Translations under genes and position numbers: made by a program
Source: Deltaproteobacteria bacterium
GTDB lineage: Bacteria; Myxococcota; B64-G9
DNA length: 64,000 bases
Assembly (NCBI GenBank): GCA_016935365.1
Contig: JAFGRB010000013.1
Span: forward strand, 15,990-79,989
Direction: 5' to 3'
The notes under the pieces: generated by a model
Databases searched by the model: none
What the model was told of the DNA's origin: nothing
What the model saw: the letters and a program-made list of their open reading frames with translations, nothing else
Shown here: one piece after another, positions 17,951 to 27,237 of the stretch
Position numbering within the stretch: the first letter of the stretch is position 1
Layout: every line of letters begins with the position of its first letter

Positions 17951-19068
17951 AGCGCTTCCTGATCCGCATCCTGGCCCTGGCCCACAAGGAGACGATCCAC
18001 ATCGCCCGGGACGTGCAGGTCATCTACATGGCGCTCGGCATGCCCGTGGTGCTGCTGCTGCTCTTCGGCTATGCCATCTCCTTCGACCTGGATCGCCTGC
18101 CCACCTGCTTGATCGACCAGGACCGCAGCCCGGCCTCGCGCCGGCTGGCACAGGCCGTGACCGCCTCGGGCGCCTTCGCCATCACGGCGCGCTCGACCTC
18201 GAGCTCGGAGGTCGAGGCCTCCTTCCGGCGCAACGAATTCAAGGTGGCGGTGGTCATCCCCGCGGGCTTCGATCGCGCGCTGCGGCGCGACCAGGCCTCC
18301 GACGCCCAGGTGCTGCTGGACGGATCCGACGGGACCACGACCGGCATCGCCGTGGGCTACCTGGTGGGCATCGCCCAGTCCGAGGCTGCCCGCGTGCTCG
18401 GCGAGCGGGCTTCCTTCACACCGCAGGTGGAGGCCCGGGTGCGCTCGCGCTTCAACCCGGGTATGGAGTCGGCGCGCTACATCGTGCCGGGGCTGATCGC
18501 CCTGATCCTGGCCACGATCGCCGTGCTGCTGACCGCCCTGACCGTGGCCCGGGAGTGGGAGCGGGGCAGCATGGAGCAGCTCTTCTCCACGCCCGTGGGC
18601 CGCCTCGAGGTCGTGCTGGGCAAGCTCCTGCCCTACCTCGTGCTCGGCATGGTGCAGGTGCTGCTCGTGGTCACCCTGGGCACCTGGCTCTTCGACGTGC
18701 CGGTCGAGGGCTCGCTCTGGCTGCTCTTCGGCATCAGCGCCTTGTTCCTCATCTGCATGCTCGGCCAGGGTCTGCTCATCAGCGTGCTCACCCGCAACCA
18801 GATGGTCGCCACCATGGCCGGGGCCCTCAGCTCCATGGTGCCGACGATCCTGCTGTCGGGCTTCCTGATCCCGATCGAGAACATGCCCTGGGCGCTGCGC
18901 GCCCTGTCTGCGCTGATCCCGGCCCGCTACTTCGTCGTGGTCTTGCGGGGAATCCTGCTAAAGGGAAACAGCGCGGTCGACCTGTGGCCGCAAGTGCTGG
19001 CCCTGACCGTCTTCGCCCTGGCCATGGTGCTGCTCTCGACCCTGCGCTTCAGGCGGCGGCTGGACTGA
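17947..19068 (+). CDS. ABC-2 type permease (YbhS-like)
   Basis: KETIHIARD, AREWERGSMEQL, LLSGFLIPIENMP. Confidence 0.92.
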   Translation: MKRFLIRILALAHKETIHIARDVQVIYMALGMPVVLLLLFGYAISFDLDRLPTCLIDQDRSPASRRLAQAVTASGAFAITARSTSSSEVEASFRRNEFKVAVVIPAGFDRALRRDQASDAQVLLDGSDGTTTGIAVGYLVGIAQSEAARVLGERASFTPQVEARVRSRFNPGMESARYIVPGLIALILATIAVLLTALTVAREWERGSMEQLFSTPVGRLEVVLGKLLPYLVLGMVQVLLVVTLGTWLFDVPVEGSLWLLFGISALFLICMLGQGLLISVLTRNQMVATMAGALSSMVPTILLSGFLIPIENMPWALRALSALIPARYFVVVLRGILLKGNSAVDLWPQVLALTVFALAMVLLSTLRFRRRLD

Positions 19069-19078
19069 GGAGCACGCC

Positions 19079-20218
19079 ATGTGGGCTTCGCTCGTGGCCG
19101 TCATGATCAAGGAGCTGCGCCAGGCCTTTCGGGACCGGCGCACGGCGGTCATGCTGATCGTCGCGCCCGTGATCCAGATGACCGTTTTCGGCTATGCGGT
19201 CAACCTGGACGTGGATCACATCCCCACGGCCGTCTTCGACGCGGACCGCGGCCCGGCGAGCCGGGAGCTCGCAGCCGGACTGCTGGCCGGCACGACCTTC
19301 GACCGCGCGGCCTCGGCGAGCAGCGGCGAGGAGGCGTCCCGTATGCTCGAGACGGGCCAGGCGGCCGCGGCCGTGATCCTCGAGCCGGGCTTCGGCCGGC
19401 ATCTCGCGCGCGAGCACACGGCCCCCGTCCAGGTCCTGGTCGACGGCAGCGATCCCAACCGGGCCCAGATCGCCGCCAACGCGGCCGTCCAGTACGGCTA
19501 CCTGCGGAGCCTGGACCTGGCCGAGGGTCAGATCACCAGGCTGGAGGCCAGCACGGGCTGTTCGGTCTCGGTGCCCCGGCTCGGGCTCTCACCCCGGATC
19601 TACTTCAACCCCCGGCTCATCAGCGCTCTGTACATGGTGCCGGGCGTGGCCGTGATCGTGCTGCTGGTCGTGACCACCATGGTCACCGCCATGGGCCTGG
19701 CCCGCGAGCGGGAGGCGGGCACCATGGAGCAGATCATGGTGACCCCGATCCGCCCGGCCGTCCTGCTGACCGGCAAGTGCCTGCCGTTCGCGGCGATCGG
19801 CCTGGTGGACATCGCCACGCTGGTGCTCGTCGGCTCCTGGCTCTTCGACGTGCCCATCCGGGGCCCGCTGCTGGTCATCTTCGCCGGCACGCTGCTGTAC
19901 TCGATGAGCACCCTGGGCATGGGCATCTTCGTGTCCACCATCGGTCGCACCCAGCAGCAGGCGGTCCTGGGGGCCTTCTTCTTCGCCATGCCGGCCATCC
20001 TGCTCTCTGGCTTCCTAACGCCGATCGAGAACATGCCCGCCTGGGTCCAGCCGATCACCTACCTCAACCCGTGCCGCTTCTTCCTCGAGATCATGCGCGG
20101 CTGCCTGCTCAAGGGAGCCGGCTTCGAGGACCTCTCCATGCAGCTCGGCGCCCTGGCCGCCTACGGGCTTCTCATCCTGACCCTCAGCGCGCTGCGATTC
20201 CGCAAGCGCCTCGGTTGA
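19079..20218 (+). CDS. ABC-2 type permease (YbhR-like)
   Basis: KELRQAFRD, AREREAGTMEQ, LSGFLTPIENMP. Confidence 0.92.
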   Translation: MWASLVAVMIKELRQAFRDRRTAVMLIVAPVIQMTVFGYAVNLDVDHIPTAVFDADRGPASRELAAGLLAGTTFDRAASASSGEEASRMLETGQAAAAVILEPGFGRHLAREHTAPVQVLVDGSDPNRAQIAANAAVQYGYLRSLDLAEGQITRLEASTGCSVSVPRLGLSPRIYFNPRLISALYMVPGVAVIVLLVVTTMVTAMGLAREREAGTMEQIMVTPIRPAVLLTGKCLPFAAIGLVDIATLVLVGSWLFDVPIRGPLLVIFAGTLLYSMSTLGMGIFVSTIGRTQQQAVLGAFFFAMPAILLSGFLTPIENMPAWVQPITYLNPCRFFLEIMRGCLLKGAGFEDLSMQLGALAAYGLLILTLSALRFRKRLG

Positions 20219-20227
20219 GAGGAGACG

Positions 20228-20839
20228 ATGCGACTCTCTTCACTCGCCCTGGTCCTCCTGCTGGCCTCGTCCTCACCGCACTTCGGGGCAGCAGGTCTCA
20301 AGCCCGAGGTCCTCGACCTGGCCCTCAAGGCTGCCGCTGCCGCGCAGGAGAGAGGCTTCGGCAAGAACAAGGTCCTGTGCGTCATCGACTACTCGCTGCC
20401 GTCGACGAAAAGACGCCTGTGGATCTTCGACCTCGAGCGGAAGAAGCTCCTCTTCCACGAGCTGGTCGCCCACGGCAAGGGCAGCGGCGAAAATCACGCA
20501 AACGTGTTCTCCAACCGGCAAGGGTCCTACGCCTCCAGCCTCGGTCTCTTCCAGGCCACCGAGACCTACCAGGGCAAGCACGGCTACACGCTGAAGCTCG
20601 TGGGTCTGGAGAAGGGCATCAACCACCACGCCGAGGAGAGGAGCATCGTCATCCACGGCGCCTGGTACGTGAGCCAGGCCTTCGCCAAGCGGGTCGGACG
20701 CCTGGGCCGCTCCTGGGGCTGCCCGGCCGTGTCCAAGAAGGCAGCCCGGAAGGTCATCGACAGCCTCAAGGGCGGAGGCCTTATCTTCGTCTACTATCCA
20801 GACAGAAGCTGGCTCGGGAAATCGGCTTTTCTGAACTAG
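20228..20839 (+). CDS. Murein L,D-transpeptidase catalytic domain protein (YkuD_2-like)
   Basis: Signal peptide; IDYSLPS..KRL, VAHGKGSG, SSLG, IVIHGAWY, GRSWGCPA. Confidence 0.88.
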   Translation: MRLSSLALVLLLASSSPHFGAAGLKPEVLDLALKAAAAAQERGFGKNKVLCVIDYSLPSTKRRLWIFDLERKKLLFHELVAHGKGSGENHANVFSNRQGSYASSLGLFQATETYQGKHGYTLKLVGLEKGINHHAEERSIVIHGAWYVSQAFAKRVGRLGRSWGCPAVSKKAARKVIDSLKGGGLIFVYYPDRSWLGKSAFLN

Positions 20840-20857
20840 GCGTATGGCAGCGCGATC

Positions 20858-21313
20858 TCAGGGCTTCTCGAGGCGAAAGCGGGTCAGCTCGGGATCGCTG
20901 ATCGACGGCGCCACGGCCACGGCGTAGCTGGCCAGGGCCGGACGGCCGGGGCCCGGCTCCACCAGCACCACCTTGCGGGTGCCGATGGCCACCGGTGTCT
21001 TTAGGCGGGCGTCGAACATGCCCTCGTCGATGCGGTCGATGACCTGGACGCAGATCCGATCGCCGTCCTGCATGCGTACCTTGACCCGCCCGCCGGGGCT
21101 CAGCAGCTCGGTCTCGAACTGCTTCTCGCCCAGCATCAATGCCGTGCGCAGCAGTTCCTGCCGCGCCCTGCCCTTCTCGTCCAGACCTGTGGCCTTGTGG
21201 GCCCGGATCTGGAGGTCCACGAACTCGCTGGTGATGGCCGAGAGGTTCACGGGTCTATCCTCCCTCTGGACGAGATCCGTCGCGTGGGAGACGATCTGGT
21301 TCGACCATTGCAT
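20858..21313 (-). CDS. Hypothetical protein (151 aa; possible degenerate PilZ-like C-terminal barrel)
   Basis: SD-like GGAGG/GAGGA before ATG 21313; typical codon usage; preceded by an ECF-type promoter. Confidence 0.65.
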   Translation of the reverse strand: MQWSNQIVSHATDLVQREDRPVNLSAITSEFVDLQIRAHKATGLDEKGRARQELLRTALMLGEKQFETELLSPGGRVKVRMQDGDRICVQVIDRIDEGMFDARLKTPVAIGTRKVVLVEPGPGRPALASYAVAVAPSISDPELTRFRLEKP

Positions 21314-21349
21314 GGCTCGTCCTCCGCTTGGCAGATGACTCCACCTGGG

Positions 21350-21414
21350 AGTACGCTGTGGACGGGCGGCCAGGACAAAAAAAAAATGTCCTTTACCGCA
21401 CTCCCGAGCGTACT
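21350..21414. promoter_or_regulatory. Back-to-back divergent ECF-type promoters TGTCC-N17-CGTACT flanking an A10 tract
   Basis: Minus strand: TGTCC 21377-21373, CGTACT 21355-21350. Plus strand: TGTCC 21387-21391, CGTACT 21409-21414. Confidence 0.75.
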
Positions 21415-21427
21415 GCGGGTTGCGAGC

Positions 21428-22012
21428 TTGGAACATGGCCGGTTGACACGTCGGACTGTCGAGTCCTTCCGACAGGGAGAGGCCGATGCCTTGGCCCAGG
21501 TCATCCGTGTGTTCACGCCCCTGGTGAGGTCGATCGTGTGCCGGTACTGGAAGAGCGAGTTCGAGCGCGAGGAGGCGGCTCACCTGGTGTGGCTGAAAGC
21601 CTACGAGAAGCGCATGGACGTGGATCCGGACCAGTCCGAGACCTTCGCCGGCTGGCTGGCCACCCTGGCCCGCCACCGCTGCATCGATCGCCTGCGCAGG
21701 CAGGGGCGGCAGATCGGCCCGGACAGAGACGATCCCCAGGTGAGCCTGGAGCGGGCGACCGAGCCGGCCCGGGCCGAGGAGCTCGTGCAGCGCAAGCAGC
21801 TCCAGGCAGCCCTGGAGGGCTTCGCCTCCGGCCTGGAGGCCGACTGGCGGCGGTTCTTCCAGCTCCACTTCCAGCAGGGGCTGGACTACAGCCAGGTGGC
21901 GGCCGAGCTGGGCATCAGCGTGCGCCGCTGCAAGTACCTGAAGAAGGTCCTGGTGCAAAAGGCGCGCAGGCACACGCCGCTGCTCCAGGCCCTGGGAAGG
22001 GGGTCTGGCTGA
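21428..22012 (+). CDS. ECF RNA polymerase sigma factor
   Basis: Region 2 (EEAAHLVWLKAY, FAGWLATLARHRCIDRLR) and region 4 (GLDYSQVAAELGIS). TTG start chosen downstream of the promoter; ATG 21386 is an alternative. Confidence 0.88.
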   Translation: MEHGRLTRRTVESFRQGEADALAQVIRVFTPLVRSIVCRYWKSEFEREEAAHLVWLKAYEKRMDVDPDQSETFAGWLATLARHRCIDRLRRQGRQIGPDRDDPQVSLERATEPARAEELVQRKQLQAALEGFASGLEADWRRFFQLHFQQGLDYSQVAAELGISVRRCKYLKKVLVQKARRHTPLLQALGRGSG

Positions 22013-22013
22013 C

Positions 22014-22850
22014 ATGCACGCCCGCGAGCAGATCGATCGCTACCTGTGCGACGACCTGGGCTCCTGGAGCGCCGCGCGCATGCGACGGCACCTGTCCGCC
22101 TGCCCGGCCTGCCGGGAACGCTACGACGAGCAGATCCTGCTCGTGCGCGCCCTGCACGGAGATGCAGGCGCGCCCGGCGCGGACGAGTTGGCGAGGATGG
22201 TGCGCCGGGTGGAGCGCGAGCTGGGCCTGACCCAAAAGCCAGACGCAGGCCAGCGGGCCCTGAAGTGGGCCCTGGGGATCGCGGGCGCGGCCGCGGCCTG
22301 TCTTGCCCTGCTGCTCGTGCTCTGGAGCCCCGCCGAGCCAGAGGCGCCGAAGATCCAGGAGCCGAGCTGGCTGGAGAGCGGTCCTGTCGCGAGCTCTCTG
22401 GTCACCGAGGCCGGCGTTCGAATCGAGATCCATCCTCACAGCCGCTACCGCGTCTGCGACGCCGGTCGGCTCATGGAGCTCGCCAGCGGCAAGGTCTGCT
22501 GCCGGGTCGAGCCCGGCACGGGCGGGTTCTCGGTACGCACGCCCGAGGCCCGGGTGGACGTGCGGGGCACCTCCTTCGTCGTCGATCGCCTGTCCGAGGC
22601 ACGGACCACGGTGCGGGTCATCGAGGGCCGGGTGGAGGTGTCGGGCGAGAAGGGTAAGGCCCTTGTGCTCGACGCTGGCCAGCGCTGCATCGTCAAGGCG
22701 GGCGGGGCCCCGGTCCGTATCGCATACAAGCCCGCAGCGAAGCCTCCCACGGCCAAGCCGCGCAGCGATTGGGACTGGTTCTGGGAGCGCCTGGGCAAGG
22801 ACCTCTCCCAGGCGACGGAGGACATCGGCGATCTGATCTTCGGCGACTAG
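22014..22850 (+). CDS. Anti-sigma factor with zinc finger (HxxxCxxC), TM helix and FecR domain
   Basis: HLSACPAC; TM segment; FSVRTPEARVDVRGTSFVV...VIEGRVEV. Confidence 0.88.
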   Translation: MHAREQIDRYLCDDLGSWSAARMRRHLSACPACRERYDEQILLVRALHGDAGAPGADELARMVRRVERELGLTQKPDAGQRALKWALGIAGAAAACLALLLVLWSPAEPEAPKIQEPSWLESGPVASSLVTEAGVRIEIHPHSRYRVCDAGRLMELASGKVCCRVEPGTGGFSVRTPEARVDVRGTSFVVDRLSEARTTVRVIEGRVEVSGEKGKALVLDAGQRCIVKAGGAPVRIAYKPAAKPPTAKPRSDWDWFWERLGKDLSQATEDIGDLIFGD

Positions 22851-22865
22851 CCGCCCGAAGAGCCT

Positions 22866-23534
22866 TCATGCCCCCCTGGGCCTGGTCTCCTCCAGCAAGG
22901 AAGCGACGAGCCGATCGCGCTCCTCGACCAGTCGCTGCGCAGCTTCGCCATCCAGGCCCGCGAGCCGGGCGAGCCGCAGCACATCGAGGCCGCGCAACAC
23001 CCATGCCAGGGTCAGCGGTGAGAAGCCGCCGTCCTTTCGGGGCGCATCGCGCAAGGCCAGGCGCAGATCACGACCCGCAGCCAGCAAGGCGATCACGTCC
23101 TGCAGGTCTCGGATCTCAGCCCTTCCGAGAAGGGAGCAGAGCTTGTCCGCGAGTATCTCCTGAGCGCTGGCGACAAGGATCTGCACCCCGCCGAGATCCG
23201 CCTCGGCGTCGGGGTGGACCGCCTCGCCCGGCTCCGCCGCGAGGTCGACGACCACCACCTCGTCCGAGCGGGCGACCCGCAGGCGGGAGAATGCCGGCGC
23301 CGACTGCAAGCGCTGGATCTCGAATCCAGCCGCAGCCAGTTCCCGTTCGACCAAGGCGGTCAGATCCCCCAGCCTATCTCTCCCACGCCAGAACAGGTCC
23401 AGATCGCGGGTCTCGCGATGACCCAGGTGGAAGCCCGCCAGGGCTGCGCCGCCCACCAGCGTATACTGCGGCCGGATATCCGCGAGCGCTCGCAGGACCG
23501 CGAGCTGCAGCTCCGTGAGTCTATTGGAGGCCAT
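22866..23534 (-). CDS. AbiEii/AbiGii-family nucleotidyltransferase toxin
   Basis: LVGGAALA..HLGHRETRDLDLF, ADKLCSLLGRAEIRDLQD. Confidence 0.85.
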   Translation of the reverse strand: MASNRLTELQLAVLRALADIRPQYTLVGGAALAGFHLGHRETRDLDLFWRGRDRLGDLTALVERELAAAGFEIQRLQSAPAFSRLRVARSDEVVVVDLAAEPGEAVHPDAEADLGGVQILVASAQEILADKLCSLLGRAEIRDLQDVIALLAAGRDLRLALRDAPRKDGGFSPLTLAWVLRGLDVLRLARLAGLDGEAAQRLVEERDRLVASLLEETRPRGA

Positions 23535-23823
23535 GTCCAGGTCGTCTCCACGTATCGAGCAGCCAGCGCCAGAACGCGGCGCTCTCGCCGAGGTGCTTCT
23601 CGACGGCTGCCCAGCTCGCCAGGATCTCGCCGAGGGACACGAACTCGAACACGTCATCCGGCTTGGCCTGGCGCATGAGCTTGCCGATCAAGTACGCGCG
23701 CACCTCGGGATCGGGATCGGCGAGGCCTTCCCGGAAAGACTCCAGCGTCATGTCCATGTCCCACAGGAAGTACGGCCGGCCGCGTGCATCGACCAGCAGC
23801 TCGGGCGGTGTCGGGTTGAGCAT
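23521..23823 (-). CDS. Small putative antitoxin partner of AbiEii
   Basis: 100 aa, PYFLWD motif; overlaps the toxin gene; strong GGAGGAGG SD. Confidence 0.7.
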   Translation of the reverse strand: MLNPTPPELLVDARGRPYFLWDMDMTLESFREGLADPDPEVRAYLIGKLMRQAKPDDVFEFVSLGEILASWAAVEKHLGESAAFWRWLLDTWRRPGHGLQ

Positions 23824-23905
23824 GGCATCCTCCTCCCCCAGGATAGCCCAGCCAGCGCGGGAATCGCCAGCCTCGTCTCCTGCCGTCCTGCCGTCCTGCC
23901 GCCTA

Positions 23906-25243
23906 TCATTTCTCGGAGTCGCAGCCGGGTTCGACTTCCAGAAGCTCGCCCAGCAAGGTGTGGCCCCGGGCCTCGGCCATGCGCACGCAGACCGTCTCGC
24001 CCGCAGCCCCCTCCGAGGCGAAGTTCACCACCCGGTTGCAGCGCGTCCGGCCGGTCTGGGCGCGCGGATCGCGAAGGCTCTGCCCCTCGACCAGCACCTC
24101 GAGCCGCCGGCCCTCCAGCCGTGCCAGGCTCCTGGCCTCGAGCCGGGCGAGCAGATCCTGCAGCGTCTCCAGGCGCCGCTGCTTGACCGAGGCCGGGACG
24201 TCGTCCTCGAGCTCTCTCGCGGCCGGCGTGCCGGGTCTCGGGGAGTACTTGAAGGAGAACGCGCTGTCGAAGGCCGCCTCCTCGACCGCGTCCATGGTGG
24301 CCCGGAAGTCCGCCTCGCGCTCGCCGGGAAAACCCACGATGAGGTCCGTGCTGAGCGCGATGCCGGGGACGGAGGCCCGCAGCGCGCGCGCCCTGTCCAG
24401 GAAGCCCTGGCGGCTGTACCCGCGCCGCATGCGCCCGAGCACCTCGTCCGAGCCCGACTGCAGCGCGAGGTGCAAATGCTCGCAGACCCGCGGCAGACCG
24501 GCCATGGCCTCGATCAGATCATCGCCCAGATCCTTGGGGTGCGAGGTGGTGAATCGGATTCGGTCCACGGCCGCCTGGCGATCGAGCGCGCGCAGCAGGC
24601 CCGGAAAGCGCGTGCCGGATTCGGGGTCGCGGTAGGAGTTGACGTTCTGGCCGAGCAGGGTGATCTCCTGCGCACCCGCCCTGGCCAGGGCCTCGACTTC
24701 GGCCAGGACATCCGCGAGCGGCTTGCTCACCTCGCACCCCCGGACTAGCGGTACGATGCAGTAGGCGCAGTGGTTGTCGCAGCCCTTCATCACGGTCACC
24801 AGGCGGCTCACCCCGCAGCCGCGCCGAGCGGGCAGCGGCGCGAAGCAAGGCGAGTCCGGGCCGTGCGCGCGGACGTCGCACACGCCCCGCTCGTCTCGCG
24901 CAAGGCGCTCGACGATGGAGCCGATGCGGCCCACGGCATCCGTGCCGACCACCGCGTCGAGCAGCCCCGTGTCCAGAAGCCTCGCCCCGTGCTGCTGGGC
25001 CACGCAGCCCGTCAGCACGACCTTGGCCCCCCGCCGCCTGCGCGCTTGCTTGTGTCGCCCTGCCTCGCTCAGGGCCTTGTGCTCGGGCTTGGCCCTCACC
25101 GAGCAGGTGTTGATGAGGATCAGATCCGCCTCGGCCGCTCGATCCACCGCCTGCAAGCCCGCGGCCTCGAGCAGGCCGGCCATGCGGTCGGAGTCGTGCA
25201 CGTTCATCTGACAGCCGAAGGTGCGGATGAAAAAGGACCTCAT
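23906..25243 (-). CDS. miaB: tRNA-2-methylthio-N6-dimethylallyladenosine synthase
   Basis: TFGCQMNVHDS, NTCSVR, GCDNHCAYC radical SAM motif, LLGQNVNSY, C-terminal TRAM domain. Confidence 0.95.
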   Translation of the reverse strand: MRSFFIRTFGCQMNVHDSDRMAGLLEAAGLQAVDRAAEADLILINTCSVRAKPEHKALSEAGRHKQARRRRGAKVVLTGCVAQQHGARLLDTGLLDAVVGTDAVGRIGSIVERLARDERGVCDVRAHGPDSPCFAPLPARRGCGVSRLVTVMKGCDNHCAYCIVPLVRGCEVSKPLADVLAEVEALARAGAQEITLLGQNVNSYRDPESGTRFPGLLRALDRQAAVDRIRFTTSHPKDLGDDLIEAMAGLPRVCEHLHLALQSGSDEVLGRMRRGYSRQGFLDRARALRASVPGIALSTDLIVGFPGEREADFRATMDAVEEAAFDSAFSFKYSPRPGTPAARELEDDVPASVKQRRLETLQDLLARLEARSLARLEGRRLEVLVEGQSLRDPRAQTGRTRCNRVVNFASEGAAGETVCVRMAEARGHTLLGELLEVEPGCDSEK

Positions 25244-27237
25244 CAGCGCTTTAGATGCATGAGGATGCTTCCATAGCCCGAGATCCAGACGTCGCTCGTC
25301 CCGGCGCCGGAAATGGCCGCGACGCCGGAGCACGCGCTCGTGTAGGCGGAATCCCAGGCGACGCCGTCCCAGTGGAAGACGGTCCCCGATCTGCCCGCGA
25401 TCCAGACGTCGTCCGAGGCGCTCCCCCATACGTCGGAGAGGCCCTCGGTCGTCTGGAGATCCACCGGAGTCCACTCGGCTCCCTGCCAGTGCAGGACCGT
25501 GCCCCGCTCGCCCACGGCCCAGATATCATCGGAGGAGGTCCCCCAGACGCCGTGCAGGAACGAGTCGGTGTCGGTGAGGGACCAGCTCTCGCCATCGTAG
25601 TGCGCGAGCCCGTCGCCGACCGCCCAGACATCCGTCCCCGAGAAAGCGATCACGTCTCTCAGGAAGAGGATGCTCGACAACGGCGCGAAGTCGTTCCACC
25701 GCTCGCCATCCCAGTGCATCACGGCGGCGCCGGACGAGCTCCAGCGGCCCACCGCCCAGACGTCGTCGGGTCCCCTCCCGGAGATGCCCTCCAGACCCGG
25801 GCAGGCGACCGGCTCGTCCCAAGCGCTTCCGTCGAAGTGGTAGATGTGGGTACCCACAACCCAGACATCGTCCGCCGACGCCGCCCAGACCGCCCGGCCG
25901 TAGGATCCGCTCCCCGGCAGGCTCGTCTCGGTCCAGGTCGAGCCGTTCCAGCGCAAGACGACGGGTCCCCCCACTGCCCAGGCGTCGTCTGCCCCCAGGG
26001 CCCAGATACCCATGAAGGCCGCCGATACCCCGGTCTGCTCCCGCACCAGCTCGACTCCATTCCACCGGCACATCTGGCCGCTGTTGCCCACGAACCAGGG
26101 CTGGCTGGCGCCACCGCCGGTGGCATACAGGTGCGCCCCGGCGCCCCCGCAACCGCCGGAGATGTCCTGCCAGCTCGTACCGTCCCAATGCACGACGGTT
26201 CCGCCGTTGCCGCCCGCCAAAACGTCGTCGGCGCCTGTCCCCCACACCCCCTGGAGGCCGCCGCCGGTGTGGCTTGCGACGCGCGAGAGCTGAGCCCCGT
26301 CCCAGTGCAGGATGGTCGCCTCGTCGTACTGGTTGTGATAGTCCCCCACCACCCAGACGTCGTCCCCGGAAGCGCCCCAGACGCCCGAGAGCAAGGGCTG
26401 GACATCCAGGCCGCTGTCGAGCTCGTTCCACCGCTGACCGTCGAAGCGGATGATCGTGCCTGAGCCGACCGCCCAGACCTCGTCAGGTGAGCGAAGCCAG
26501 ATATCCTGCAACGCGCTGTGGGAAGTGTCCTGCGACCAGACCCCTCCGTCCCGGCAGAGCATGCCTTCTCGGCCCGCGATCCAGACCCGGCCCTGGCCGT
26601 CGGCCGCAACGGCCTCGAAGTGATCGTCGAAGCCCGTGCTCACGGGGCTCCAGCCAGCTCCATCCCAGTGCAGGACCGTCCCGTCGGTCCCGACCGCCCA
26701 CGCGTCGTCCGCGCTCGTCACCCAGACGTCAGCCAGGCTCTCTCGCACCCCGCTCTCCACGATGGTCCAGTTCGTGCCGTTCCAGTGCAGGATCATCCCG
26801 CCCTCTCCGACCGCCCACAGATCGCTGTCGCTGATCCCGTCCACGCCCCGGAGGGTGTTGCCCTGCGGAAGCGGATTCTCCCAGCACCAGCCTGAGCTGA
26901 CGCAGCTTCCCGGACCGCAGACGTTGGCCCCACCGCCGCCGCAGACCTCCGGGGCCTGGCACGTACCGCAAAACACCGTCCTCAAGTTGCCGCAGGCATC
27001 CAGGCGGGTCACCTCTCCGCAGTCGAGGCCCAGGCGGGCGCAGAGCCCGGCTGCGCTCTCACAGGCCTCCGCGTCCGCCGGCCCGGCATCGGTCTCGCCT
27101 CCGTCCAGGGTCAAGCCGTCCTCACCGGCATCCGTCACGCCACCGCCATCTCCATCAGGCTCGGACGGCACGCCGCTGCTACAGTGGACTGCGAGCAAGC
27201 CGCACAGGCTCGCGATGAGAATCCGTTCGCGCATCAT
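25243..27237 (-). CDS. Lipoprotein with Cys-rich segment and W-rich beta-propeller repeats
   Basis: Lipobox-like LLAVHC; DAG linker; more than 10 repeats of vWgsgxdDvWavG...hwdGxxW. Confidence 0.85.
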   Translation of the reverse strand: MMRERILIASLCGLLAVHCSSGVPSEPDGDGGGVTDAGEDGLTLDGGETDAGPADAEACESAAGLCARLGLDCGEVTRLDACGNLRTVFCGTCQAPEVCGGGGANVCGPGSCVSSGWCWENPLPQGNTLRGVDGISDSDLWAVGEGGMILHWNGTNWTIVESGVRESLADVWVTSADDAWAVGTDGTVLHWDGAGWSPVSTGFDDHFEAVAADGQGRVWIAGREGMLCRDGGVWSQDTSHSALQDIWLRSPDEVWAVGSGTIIRFDGQRWNELDSGLDVQPLLSGVWGASGDDVWVVGDYHNQYDEATILHWDGAQLSRVASHTGGGLQGVWGTGADDVLAGGNGGTVVHWDGTSWQDISGGCGGAGAHLYATGGGASQPWFVGNSGQMCRWNGVELVREQTGVSAAFMGIWALGADDAWAVGGPVVLRWNGSTWTETSLPGSGSYGRAVWAASADDVWVVGTHIYHFDGSAWDEPVACPGLEGISGRGPDDVWAVGRWSSSGAAVMHWDGERWNDFAPLSSILFLRDVIAFSGTDVWAVGDGLAHYDGESWSLTDTDSFLHGVWGTSSDDIWAVGERGTVLHWQGAEWTPVDLQTTEGLSDVWGSASDDVWIAGRSGTVFHWDGVAWDSAYTSACSGVAAISGAGTSDVWISGYGSILMHLKR

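Noticed and set aside
23879..23902. 8-bp triplication CCTGCCG(T/C) after miaB as an att site
   Set aside because: Too short and GC-rich; no matching copy noticed at another boundary.
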